In this document: positions 53,566 through 62,931 of the stretch, in pieces
Position numbering within the stretch: the first letter of the stretch is position 1
Layout of the letters: every line of letters begins with the position of its first letter
Origin: Calditrichia bacterium
GTDB lineage: Bacteria > Calditrichota > Calditrichia > JAJRVZ01
Direction: 5' to 3'
Length of the DNA: 64,000 nt
Assembly (NCBI GenBank): GCA_963777955.1
Contig: CAVZSQ010000003.1
Coordinates: 64,001 to 128,000 of the forward strand
Notes under the pieces: model-generated
Told to the model about the DNA's origin: nothing
The model's database searches: none
Seen by the model: the letters and a program-made list of their open reading frames with translations, nothing else
Made by a program: the position numbers and the translations under genes

Positions 53566-55204
53566 ATGGATATGCATGGAATTATAGCTGATATTGGTAT
53601 GGCACTCCTGGCCGCAGCGGTAATGGGATTTATTTTTCATTTACTGCGGCAACCCTTAATCCTGAGTTACATTGCAGCCGGCGCTATTATTGGTCCGGCC
53701 ATCGGTTTAAAACTGGTTTATGAACCGGACAATATCAAGGTAATCTCTGAATTAGGATTAATCCTGCTGCTGTTTATTATTGGTCTCGAACTGAATCCGA
53801 ACAAACTCCGTTCGGCAGGTAGAGATTTAATCTATACCGGAGCGGGACAATTCCTCTTATGTCTGGCAGCAGGTTTTGGATTCTTCCTGCTGCTGGGAAA
53901 CCGGTACACCCCTATTGATTCTCTGTATCTGGCTATATTCTGTGCCCTGAGCAGCACGGCCATTGTGGTCAAAATTCTATATGATAAATTTGAATTAGAC
54001 ACACTGCCCGGCCGTTTAACCCTGGGCATTTTGATCTTTCAGGATGTCTGGGCTATCATAATCCTGGCCATCCAACCGAATTTCATGAATCCAAAATTGT
54101 ATTTGATCGGACTGGCCTTAGGGAAAAGCGTCCTGTTGTTATTGATCGGATTTATTTTGAGCAAGTATTTATTGAAATGGATCATGCAAAAGATATCCAA
54201 AACACCGGAAATGGTGGTAGCGTTTGCCATTGCCTGGTGTGCCATGATGTCCGGATTGAGTTCATACATTGGTTTATCAAGAGAGATGGGCGCCCTGATC
54301 GCCGGAGCAGCAATATCCTCCTTTCCATTCGGTGTGCACATTATCGCTAAGGTTTTACCCTTGCGTGACTTTTTCTTGACGCTCTTTTTCCTTTCGATCG
54401 GGATGAGAATTCCTGTACCGGATTTTACCCTACTCTGGACCGCTTTAATCATAGTTGTTTTTGTTATACTTTCGCGATTTATCACTATCTATCCGATTCT
54501 ATCCTGGGCAGGCAGAGGACCACGGACATGTTTTGTGGTCAGTTTAAATTTAGCACAAATCAGCGAATTTTCATTGGTTATTGCCGCTCTGGCAGTGGAC
54601 TATGGACATATCGGTCCGGATATTTTATCACTGATTACCTACGCTATGGCCCTGACCGCGGTACTGTCTTCATATTCTATAAAAAGTAATCATCAACTAT
54701 TTTTACTCTTCGATAAATTATTGGCACTCTTCGGTCGCCGCTCATTGTCCGCTGAGCAGCAGGAGGAAAAAGAGGAAGACTATTTTCCGATCGTTTTACT
54801 GGGTTGCCATCGTGCCGGCCTGGAGTTTATCCAAAAGGTTGCTGACTCTTATCCCGAACTCCGTAAGATGATCCTGGTTATAGATTTTAATCTTGAGATT
54901 TTAAAATATATCAGTGCAAAAGGTTTTCGAGGCCTGTTTGGCGATATCAGCAGCATGGATACTCTTGCACGTGCCCATGTTGATAAATCAGCAATAATTC
55001 TTTCCAGCATACCGGACATGTTGCTCCGCGGGACCACAAATGAATCAATATTACTGACTTGCCGGACACTGGCTCCCGAGGCCACAATCGTGGTTACAGA
55101 CTGAATCAAGTCAACAGGTCGAGATCTTAAAGAATCTTGGTGCAGCTAAAGTTCTTTACCCTTATGAATTGATGAGTAATCAGTTGATCGAATTTTTAAC
55201 CTGA
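53566..55204 (+). CDS. CPA2/Kef-type cation:proton antiporter with TrkA-N (RCK) domain (one +1 frameshift near 55100)
   Basis: QPLILSYI.AG..IGP, ELG..LLLFIIGLE, LSSTAIVVK, GILIFQD, RDFF..LFF.SIG, QISEFS, FGDIS; shifted frame continues ..LKNLGAAKVLYPY..-stop 55202-55204. Confidence 0.85.
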
Positions 55205-55382
55205 GATTGATGGTGCTAATGGTACTATATATTCAGGTTTGAATTCTTTCCGCAGTTCAAAAAAATTCAGGCTCGTGAAATAAATCAGGTATCTGCCCGA
55301 ATATGTTATTAAATTTATTCTAAGTATTTATAATCTTCAGTCATCATGCGGCAAGTAACATTCTGATTAAAGGAGTGTGTAT

Positions 55383-56345
55383 ATGATTAAAGAAATATCG
55401 CTGCACGAACTTAGCATGGAATCCTTTATCATTGAACAGGTTGATAAAATTAAAAAGGCGGTCGGAACGGGAATCGCCATTAATGCTTTATCAGGGGGCG
55501 TTGATTCATCGACGGTTACCATGCTGGGACATCGCGCGCTGGGGAAAAGTCTGAAGACAGTATTCATTAACAACGGTTTAATGCGCGCAGGCGAGCCAGA
55601 GCAGGTGGCCGGTTTCTTTAAGAAACTGGGAGTGGAAGTCGAGATCATCCCGGCCGAGAAGGAGTTCTTCGCTGCGTTGAAAGGAATTAAGGATCCCGAG
55701 GAAAAACGGGAAGCCATTACGCAGACTTTTTACAGGAAAATATTCGGAAACATCGTTAAAAAAAGCGGAGCAAAGTTTTTATTGCAGGGTACTATTTTAA
55801 CCGATGTGGATGAAACGGTCGCCGGGATCAAACGTCAGCATAATGTGTTCGAACAACTTGGCATCGATCCGCAGAAAACGTTTGGTTACCGTATTATTGA
55901 ACCTTTGATCCAATTGCGCAAGGACGGGGTCAGAAAAGTAGGTAAGGCACTGGGACTCCCGGCAGAACTTTTCGAGCGTATTCCCTTCCCCGGTCCGGCA
56001 CTCTCCGCCCGGGTAATCGGCGAAGTCACTCCGGAAAAAATCGAAACAGTACGCCGGGCCACGGTGGTGGTCGAACGGGTATTGAAAGGGAGTGGTGCAT
56101 TTCAGTACCTGGCGATCCTTCATGAAGATCGGGTGACAGGCATGCGTGAGGGAAAACGTGATTTTGGCCAGCAGATTGAAATCCGCTGCTGGGAAAGTAT
56201 TGACGCCCGTTCAGCCACTCCGACCCGACTGACCTTCGTTACCCTGGAGCAGTTAGCCCGTGAAATTATTAATGAAGTGCCCGGTGTGGTCAGTGTCACT
56301 TACAATATTGCGTCAAAACCCCCGTCAACTATTGAAGCCGTTTAA
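55383..56345 (+). CDS. guaAB: GMP synthase ATP-pyrophosphatase subunit (subunit B type, no glutaminase domain)
   Basis: PP-loop ALSGGVDS, NGLMR.GE, DPEEKR, L.QGT, IK.QHNV, EPL..L.KD.VR.VG, PFPGPAL..R, KPPSTIE. AAGGAG RBS; GTG 55377 is an alternative start. Confidence 0.82.
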   Translation: MIKEISLHELSMESFIIEQVDKIKKAVGTGIAINALSGGVDSSTVTMLGHRALGKSLKTVFINNGLMRAGEPEQVAGFFKKLGVEVEIIPAEKEFFAALKGIKDPEEKREAITQTFYRKIFGNIVKKSGAKFLLQGTILTDVDETVAGIKRQHNVFEQLGIDPQKTFGYRIIEPLIQLRKDGVRKVGKALGLPAELFERIPFPGPALSARVIGEVTPEKIETVRRATVVVERVLKGSGAFQYLAILHEDRVTGMREGKRDFGQQIEIRCWESIDARSATPTRLTFVTLEQLAREIINEVPGVVSVTYNIASKPPSTIEAV

Positions 56346-56430
56346 AACTGTCCGCTAGTAAAAGGATATATATAAATGAAAGATTATTTATCAATGTAGC
56401 AATTTGTCAGGGTAAAAAATTAAAGGAGGA

Positions 56431-57030
56431 ATGAACATGAACATCAGCCTGCCAGATCTACCTTTCCCCAGCTCAGCTCTGGAACCATATATAAGTGAAA
56501 AAACTCTGCAATTCCATCATGGTAAGCATCATAAAACTTATGTGGAGAACACCTTAAAATTAATAGCAGGAACAGAATTGCAGAATGCGACGCTGGAAGA
56601 AATCATCAAAAAAACTGTGAAAGATGACAAAAAAATATCAATATTTAATAATGCAGCGCAGGTCTGGAACCATTCATTTTACTGGACTTGTCTGAAACCG
56701 GGCGGTGGCGGAAAACCAGCGGGTAAGATTGCAGAATTAATTCAGGGTAATTTTGGAGATTATGATAAATTTGCTGAACAGTTTAAAAATGCCGGTCTGA
56801 CCCAATTCGGCAGCGGCTGGGCCTGGCTGGTTCTGCATAATAAAAAATTAGAAATTCATAAAACCGCTAATGCAGGTACCCCGCTCACTTTTGGCTGTAA
56901 GCCTTTATTGACTATGGATGTCTGGGAGCATGCCTATTATCTGGACTATCAAAACCGCAGGGCTGATTATATAACTGCTTATATAGAACATCTGATTAAT
57001 TGGGATTTTGTAAATTCGCAGATTCGCTAA
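56431..57030 (+). CDS. sodB: Fe superoxide dismutase
   Basis: HHGKHH..YV, FNNAAQVWNH (Fe-type AAQ), QFGSGWAWL, DVWEHAYYLDYQNRR. Confidence 0.95.
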   Translation: MNMNISLPDLPFPSSALEPYISEKTLQFHHGKHHKTYVENTLKLIAGTELQNATLEEIIKKTVKDDKKISIFNNAAQVWNHSFYWTCLKPGGGGKPAGKIAELIQGNFGDYDKFAEQFKNAGLTQFGSGWAWLVLHNKKLEIHKTANAGTPLTFGCKPLLTMDVWEHAYYLDYQNRRADYITAYIEHLINWDFVNSQIR

Positions 57031-57066
57031 AAAGTATCCAGTCTGTGCAGGAATAAATACAGCTGA

Positions 57067-57132
57067 ATCCGCCCGGGTTCAGGCGGATCTTATGGGATTG
57101 AACAAGTAGATACAGATTTTTTTAATCTGTAT
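57067..57132. terminator. Two hairpins between the convergent sodB and small-peptide genes
   Basis: ATCCGCC-N8-GGCGGAT (57067-57088) and ATACAGATT-T5-AATCTGTAT (57110-57132); U-tails are weak. Confidence 0.45.
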
Positions 57133-57184
57133 TATTTATTCTTGGCAAAGTCAGCTTTGTCGGTATCCGCGATCTTAATCGGAT

Positions 57185-57313
57185 TCATCGATGCAGATAG
57201 TCTTGGCAGTCTGTACTTGGCAATCCCAGGGTAGATTTTATATTATCGAATGTCGAGAGTACAATCGAAAGCAAAAAGACGCTTAGAAAGAATAGACCTA
57301 GCACCTTTTTCAT
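57185..57313 (-). CDS. Small secreted/membrane peptide (42 aa as read; may extend to 57132 if an indel is present)
   Basis: AAGAGGT RBS then ATG 57313; MKKVLGLFFLSVFLLSIVLSTFDNIKST..; begins 12 nt after the stop of the 54-aa ORF; too short for the supplied track. Confidence 0.55.
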   Translation of the reverse strand: MKKVLGLFFLSVFLLSIVLSTFDNIKSTLGLPSTDCQDYLHR

Positions 57314-57325
57314 ATTTTACCTCTT

Positions 57326-57490
57326 TCAATCTTTCGGCTTGGGAACTGGTGGGGGCGGAATCGGCGGCGTAGATGCGAATTGCGGCGTATTCTCATATTT
57401 GCTGACACTGATTTCAAAATTATTTGATAAAAGCGATAAAAACAGAACTACTAAAAACAAGGCTGTTGCGGCAATCCACCACTTTTTCAT
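57326..57490 (-). CDS. 54-aa secreted/membrane peptide with Pro-rich C-terminus
   Basis: AAAGGAG RBS before ATG 57490; MKKWWIAATALFLVVLFLSLLSNNFEISVSKYENTPQFASTPPIPPPPVPKPKD. Confidence 0.72.
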   Translation of the reverse strand: MKKWWIAATALFLVVLFLSLLSNNFEISVSKYENTPQFASTPPIPPPPVPKPKD

Positions 57491-57782
57491 GATAGTCTCC
57501 TTTGCAAATGCGGTGATTAATATATTGAGTAAGTTAATTAATTGCTGTAGAATCAAATACTATAAAATTCCTTTCTGATACTTAAGAAATTTTATCAGTA
57601 ATTACTCCACCAGACACAAAATATAGAATTGTAAGAATCAGGATATGAGGTATGATGATTAATTTTATAAGAAATTGCTGTTTTAACACATCAGCAATTG
57701 ATCATCATGCCTTTCAGTGTATATCCCCAAACCTTTCCAATAATATATCATTAATATTTACAAAATCAAGTATTTTTTAATG

Positions 57783-58895
57783 TTATCCGGATGAATTGAT
57801 CTTCTCCAGTATACCTGCTTTTATCCGGTCCAGACGCAGGTTTTTTTTGGCTGAGACCAACAGCGCATCAGGATATAGCGCTTTAACTTTAGGTAATATA
57901 TTATTATTACTTATCTTATCCACTTTATTCATGATTAATATTACCGGTTTCTCGTCGATTTTTAATTCACCTAAAATTTCGTTCACGACGCTGATATGTT
58001 CATAGAAATTTTCATTACTGACATCTACCACATGCAGCAGTATGTCGGCCTCAATTGTCTGAGCCAGTGTTGTCTTGAAGGATGCAATCAGGGTCGGTGG
58101 CAATTTGCGTATAAAACCGACAGTATCAGACAGTAAAACAATTTTGCCAGAATCCAGATTCAATCTTCTGACGGTGGTATCCAGTGTGGCAAACAATTTA
58201 TCTTCGACCAGGGTATCTGCTCTGGTTAAGGCATTCATCAGGGTTGATTTGCCGGCATTGGTATAACCGATGATGGCCACATTGATATTCGTTTTTGCTT
58301 TCTTTCTCTGTGTACGATCCTGTTCATCGATTTTATCCAATTCATCTTTCAGGTTAGCCAGACGCCGCCGGATCAAGCGACGGTCGGTTTCCAACTGGGT
58401 TTCACCCGGACCTTTAGTGCCGATTCCCCCCACCTGCCTGGAAAGGTGGGACCACTGACCGGTCAGCCGGGATAAATAATAACTCAACTGCGCCATCTCG
58501 ACCTGTAATTTCGCTTCACGGGTTCTGGCATGGGCAGCAAAAATATCCAGGATTAAAGCGGTCCGGTCGATGACCTTTGCTTCAATCAATTGCTCCAGAT
58601 TTTTAATCTGGGTGGATGATAATTCGTTATCAAAGATGATCAAATCGATTTTTTGATCGATGACCCGTTCGGCAATCTCGGCGGCCTTCCCCCGGCCGAT
58701 ATAAAAAGCCGGATCCAGTTGCGGCCGGTGTTGTACGATCCGGTCTACCACTGCAGCTCCGGCGGTTTCGGCCAAGGCGGCTAATTCATTCAGATAAATT
58801 TCGACCTGCCACGGTTTTTCAGCTACCGTTACCACCCCGATCAGTATGCATCTTTCGGCTTGAGGGGCGGTAACATAAAATTGAGGTTTGGGCAT
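57783..58895 (-). CDS. hflX: GTPase HflX
   Basis: IG.GK..E, LILDIFA.HART.E.KLQVE.AQL.Y, GPGETQLETDRR, GYTNAGKST, LFATLD, DTVGFI, NKVD, SAK. Confidence 0.96.
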   Translation of the reverse strand: MPKPQFYVTAPQAERCILIGVVTVAEKPWQVEIYLNELAALAETAGAAVVDRIVQHRPQLDPAFYIGRGKAAEIAERVIDQKIDLIIFDNELSSTQIKNLEQLIEAKVIDRTALILDIFAAHARTREAKLQVEMAQLSYYLSRLTGQWSHLSRQVGGIGTKGPGETQLETDRRLIRRRLANLKDELDKIDEQDRTQRKKAKTNINVAIIGYTNAGKSTLMNALTRADTLVEDKLFATLDTTVRRLNLDSGKIVLLSDTVGFIRKLPPTLIASFKTTLAQTIEADILLHVVDVSNENFYEHISVVNEILGELKIDEKPVILIMNKVDKISNNNILPKVKALYPDALLVSAKKNLRLDRIKAGILEKINSSG

Positions 58896-58931
58896 GTTAT
58901 TTTATTAATCCCTGTAAAATTAAGCGGCTGA

Positions 58932-60977
58932 TTAAAAAATTTTAGTTCCTTCGATAGATTTAATCAGAGCAATTTCTATGCACAATGTTATAATAACCAA
59001 AAAAATCAATACATTAAATAACTCAATTCCGGAACGATTTTCCCTGACAATTTCAGCCAGATCGTCATCTTCACGGATTAACCGGCCAGCGGGTAAACTT
59101 TTGACCAGATCCTGCAGTTCAGGATAAGGGGGCAGCAGGCAAAGAGTGCCGGCATTGACTGAAATCGTCGACAATTCGTTCGCGTCGGTATACAATTTAT
59201 AATTTCCGGGAACCTGTATTGTGTACGGATCCAGTACAATTCCACTGCTGTTCAAATCGGTTATAATTTTTATTTTATCACTCTCAGCCGATTTTATGTA
59301 CAATTCTCTATAATTTTCGGGCAGTTCAAATTGAAAGGCCGCTGTCTGGCCGATGGTCAGGGATTGGTTGAGTTGATCGACGTTAGTAGCACCAAGCAAT
59401 AGTAGTCTCAACAATAAAGGCAAAAAAGTACCTTTATATTGGAAATCAGTCCAGGAATCATCGATATAACTGCAAATCAGAAAAACAGATCGCTGCTGGT
59501 CAGAGACATTCAGGATAAACGGATCTCCGGTATTAAAGGAGATCAGCACATCGTTCTCTGCTCCGGGAATTACTTTGAAGTATTTACTGAAAACAGGATT
59601 GGACAAGTCGGTGGTGACATTTCTAAAAATATCCGAAAAAATCGGCTGTTGCCAATCAGCGGATTTTAAACTATAGTAGTCGCCCGCTGCACTCGCTTCT
59701 TTACGTTCACTAAGGTAAAAATCCAGGTCGAGTTTAGCACAAATTTTATTGAATTCAGACAAATCGGTCCGGTCGCCCGGCAGGAGAATTAAACTGCCGC
59801 CCTGCTCCAGGAAAGTTTTCAGGCGGTTGATCAATACTGCCGGAACATTAACCAGATTACTCAAAAACAGAACCTGAAATTGTTCGAATCTCTTTCCGGC
59901 CCAGGATGTATACTGCTCGCGGGTAAACCGAATGCTGGTGTTCGTCTCGATTGAATTAAAAGCAGCATCGAGATACGGTGAATTAATCTCATCGACAAAA
60001 AGAACCCGGATAGAATCCGGCAAGGTCAGGGCAAAGTAATAGCGGTTATCACCAGCCAGATCATCATCACTCAGTTCTACATAGCCCTCCAGTTTAGGAT
60101 TAGTCTTTAGCTGGCAGGCCAGGGCAATATTTTTTTGCTCGAAGGCCTGCAGATTAAAATTTTGGAAAGCAATCCGCTGTTTATCAATAAAAAGATGCAA
60201 TTCGGCATTCTCATTCGGAATGGGGGATGAATTGTGCACGCTGACATCCAGGTTCAGGGTTTTGCCAGCTTCAAAAATTTTATTTTTAATCAGCAGCGTA
60301 TCAATGCTCACATTGTTAATGCTCTGGTTGTAGATATTTACCAGGTATATTTTTATGTCCTTTAATTCTTGCAGAAGCGGTTCAAGGACGGATTCATGGA
60401 ACTGGAAGTCGGATATGATAAAAAGATCACGATTATAATTTGGTTTAGCCTGAAAATATTCCCGGGCAGTTTCCAGAGAACGATGCCAGTCTGCGCCGCA
60501 ATAAGAAAATGGTAAAACCGCCAGCTGGCTGGAGTCAGTTAATATTTTTTCAGGCTGCTGTGCCGGGAAAATTAATACATTATCGTTTTCATTAAACTGG
60601 CTGCGGATCAGCGCAATTTTATCCTTAGCCCGTTTGAACCTGCTGCCGGCTTTATCGTAGGCTTGCATGTTTATGCCGTTATCAAGAATTATCACCGCCG
60701 TCCGGCCGGCGGCTGATCCGGCCAGGGTGGATTTAGATGTTAAGGCGGGCCGGGCGAAGGATAAGACCAGAAACAGGATAATCAGGCTGCGCAGCAAAAT
60801 CAAGAGGATCTGATAAATCTTTATTTTTTTAATCCGTTTTTCCTCGATTGTTTTTAAAAAGCGCAGGGTGCTGAATTTGATTTTGATCAGATTCTGCCGG
60901 TTGATCAGGTGAATCAGCAACGGAATGGCTACTGCTAGCAGCGTGATTAAAATTCCACCGTTTAAGAATGACAACAT
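58932..60977 (-). CDS. BatA (aerotolerance regulator N-terminal) + VWA-like + CARDB-like membrane protein
   Basis: FLN..L....IPLLIHL......FSTL.FL..LR.L....FARP, ILDNG.NM, ISDFQ, DDLAGDNRYY, C-terminal TM. Confidence 0.82.
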   Translation of the reverse strand: MLSFLNGGILITLLAVAIPLLIHLINRQNLIKIKFSTLRFLKTIEEKRIKKIKIYQILLILLRSLIILFLVLSFARPALTSKSTLAGSAAGRTAVIILDNGINMQAYDKAGSRFKRAKDKIALIRSQFNENDNVLIFPAQQPEKILTDSSQLAVLPFSYCGADWHRSLETAREYFQAKPNYNRDLFIISDFQFHESVLEPLLQELKDIKIYLVNIYNQSINNVSIDTLLIKNKIFEAGKTLNLDVSVHNSSPIPNENAELHLFIDKQRIAFQNFNLQAFEQKNIALACQLKTNPKLEGYVELSDDDLAGDNRYYFALTLPDSIRVLFVDEINSPYLDAAFNSIETNTSIRFTREQYTSWAGKRFEQFQVLFLSNLVNVPAVLINRLKTFLEQGGSLILLPGDRTDLSEFNKICAKLDLDFYLSERKEASAAGDYYSLKSADWQQPIFSDIFRNVTTDLSNPVFSKYFKVIPGAENDVLISFNTGDPFILNVSDQQRSVFLICSYIDDSWTDFQYKGTFLPLLLRLLLLGATNVDQLNQSLTIGQTAAFQFELPENYRELYIKSAESDKIKIITDLNSSGIVLDPYTIQVPGNYKLYTDANELSTISVNAGTLCLLPPYPELQDLVKSLPAGRLIREDDDLAEIVRENRSGIELFNVLIFLVIITLCIEIALIKSIEGTKIF

Positions 60978-61226
60978 ATTCAGAAGATTAGCCCCGGGTA
61001 TTTAATTATATTAATATAATAACGATTTCGAACAGAGTATTCCAATAAATCTTGCCGGAATATTCGGGATTTCCCGAAGGTCTGCATTGATGTAATTTAA
61101 ACTTGTTTAAATATTGAGAAGCTCTTATTTTGATATTAATGGCTGTATTTCAGGGGACAAAAACGAAGGTGAACATCGTATTTTGCAGCCGTACGGATTT
61201 TCATAATTTTTTTCACAGCAGGCAAG

Positions 61227-61892
61227 ATGATACAATTCTTTAATGTCACCCTCAGCATCAACAATAGACTGATTCTGAAGCATTTAACCTTTCAGATCGG
61301 CAAAGGGGAATTTGTCTATTTAATCGGTCCCAGCGGCGCTGGTAAATCGACGATTCTGCGCCTGATTCATTTCAGCACTCTGCCGGATTCGGGGACGGTC
61401 CTGGTCAATCAATTCAGTTCGGCGAAAATAAAGCGCAGGAAAATACCCTTCCTGCGGCGGGGGATAGGTTTTATCTTTCAGGATTTTAAACTATTGCCGG
61501 ACCGGAATGTATTTGATAATGTGGCTTTTACCCTGCGGGTTATCAACACACCGGCCGCAGAGATCAGTAAAAAGGTGTTACGGGTTATAACTGAAATGGG
61601 GCTGGGCCATAAACGTAATGCTTATCCCATGGAATTATCGGGGGGTGAGCAGCAAAAAGTCGCGATTGCCCGTGCGATAGTTAATGAACCGTTTGTTTTG
61701 CTGGCCGATGAACCGACCGGCAACCTGGATCCAAAATCCGCGGCGGAGATTTTGAAAATTTTAGAGACAATTAACGTCCGTGGCACCGCGGTATTAATGG
61801 CCACGCACAATTATGCTCTGATCAAAGAGTTTGCTCATAGAACCCTTAGTATTGAAAATGGTGAACTGAAGAAGAATGAGCCTTTATTTTAG
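61227..61892 (+). CDS. ftsE: Cell division ATP-binding protein FtsE
   Basis: GPSGAGKST, IPFLRRGIGFIFQDFKLL, LSGGEQQ, ADEPTGNLD, MATH; upstream of ftsX. Confidence 0.92.
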   Translation: MIQFFNVTLSINNRLILKHLTFQIGKGEFVYLIGPSGAGKSTILRLIHFSTLPDSGTVLVNQFSSAKIKRRKIPFLRRGIGFIFQDFKLLPDRNVFDNVAFTLRVINTPAAEISKKVLRVITEMGLGHKRNAYPMELSGGEQQKVAIARAIVNEPFVLLADEPTGNLDPKSAAEILKILETINVRGTAVLMATHNYALIKEFAHRTLSIENGELKKNEPLF

Positions 61893-62736
61893 TATCCGGG
61901 AAGGAATACGGGGATTCTCCAAGGCGCGCCTGGCTTCCCTGCTATCCCTGTCGTCTATCGCACTCACGATCTTTTTGCTGGGATTACTGCTGAGTTTCAA
62001 TTATAACCTTAATGCGATCATCAATAATATTCGCGCTAAAATTGACCTGGAGGTTTTTATTAATATTGCCGCCAGCGATAACGAAATACAGCAATTGCAG
62101 AATCAAATCAGCCGGGAAAAAGGGGTAGCCGGAATAAAATTCATAAGCCGTGACCAGGCTGCGGAGAGATACAGAGCGGAAACCGGGCAGGACATTTATC
62201 AGATTCTTGAGTATAATCCACTGCCGGCTTCATTTATTATTACCCCGATTGTGGAGTATCGCCAATCTGTGATGATTGAGGTGTTAAAAAAGCGCCTGGA
62301 AACTTTTACCCAGGTAGATGAAGTGATCTACCAAAAACCTTTCCTGGTGGCTCTTGAGCGGTATATTCAACTCGGCAATATAATCATGATCAGTCTCAGC
62401 CTGGTCATTATCATTATTGCCATAATCCTGATTCATAATACCATACGCCTGACCATCCATGCCCGCAGGAATATTATCGAAATCATGAGACTGGTAGGGG
62501 CAACAGAGCGGTTTGTACGCAGACCATTTCTCATCGAAGGTATAATCCAGGGTCTGCTGGGTTCACTGCTGGCAGCGGGTATCGTGTACTATCTGTTACG
62601 GGCGATAAAAATTTTCGTATATGCAAAATTACAATTCAATTCTGAGTTATTCCTGGGATTAATTATTTTTGGCACCCTGATCGGATTATTCAGTGCCTGG
62701 TTAAGTGTCAGGAAGTATTTAAAAGATACATACTGA
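61876..62736 (+). CDS. ftsX: Cell division permease FtsX
   Basis: NPLPASF, IHNTIRLTI.AR...IEIMRLVGAT..FVRRPF.IEG. Confidence 0.92.
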   Translation: MSLYFSIREGIRGFSKARLASLLSLSSIALTIFLLGLLLSFNYNLNAIINNIRAKIDLEVFINIAASDNEIQQLQNQISREKGVAGIKFISRDQAAERYRAETGQDIYQILEYNPLPASFIITPIVEYRQSVMIEVLKKRLETFTQVDEVIYQKPFLVALERYIQLGNIIMISLSLVIIIIAIILIHNTIRLTIHARRNIIEIMRLVGATERFVRRPFLIEGIIQGLLGSLLAAGIVYYLLRAIKIFVYAKLQFNSELFLGLIIFGTLIGLFSAWLSVRKYLKDTY

Positions 62737-62873
62737 ATCTGGTACTAAATTTGCATTATATTTATCAGATTCAGGTTTCAGGGAATATGCAGATCATAGA
62801 TAACATTATATTAATAATGAAATTGGATTAAATTCAATTGGTCAGGATATCTAATTTTAGAGCGTCTGCCATC

Positions 62874-62902
62874 TTGACTTACCAGGTATTAGGTGCTAAA
62901 TT
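62874..62902 (+). promoter_or_regulatory. sigma70-type promoter of hrcA
   Basis: TTGACT (62874-62879), 17 bp, extended -10 TGcTAAATT (62894-62902). Confidence 0.6.
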
Positions 62903-62931
62903 TTGAGGTTATAGATTAGCGGATTGGTTTT

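Noticed and set aside
6728..55204. Calling the frameshifted genes pseudogenes or programmed frameshifts
   Set aside because: Uniform +1 pattern, no shared slippery heptamer and no accompanying nonsense mutations favour sequencing error.
57575..57700. Hairpins (AATTGCTG..CAGCAATT; CTGATA..TATCAG) and a 35-codon hydrophobic GTG ORF in the peptide leader region
   Set aside because: Short stems in very AT-rich DNA, no match to a riboswitch or ncRNA I recognise, and no RBS for the ORF.
62873..62920. CIRCE element upstream of hrcA
   Set aside because: Only a right-half-like GGTGCTAA (62892-62899) is present; no TTAGCACTC half at 9-bp spacing.
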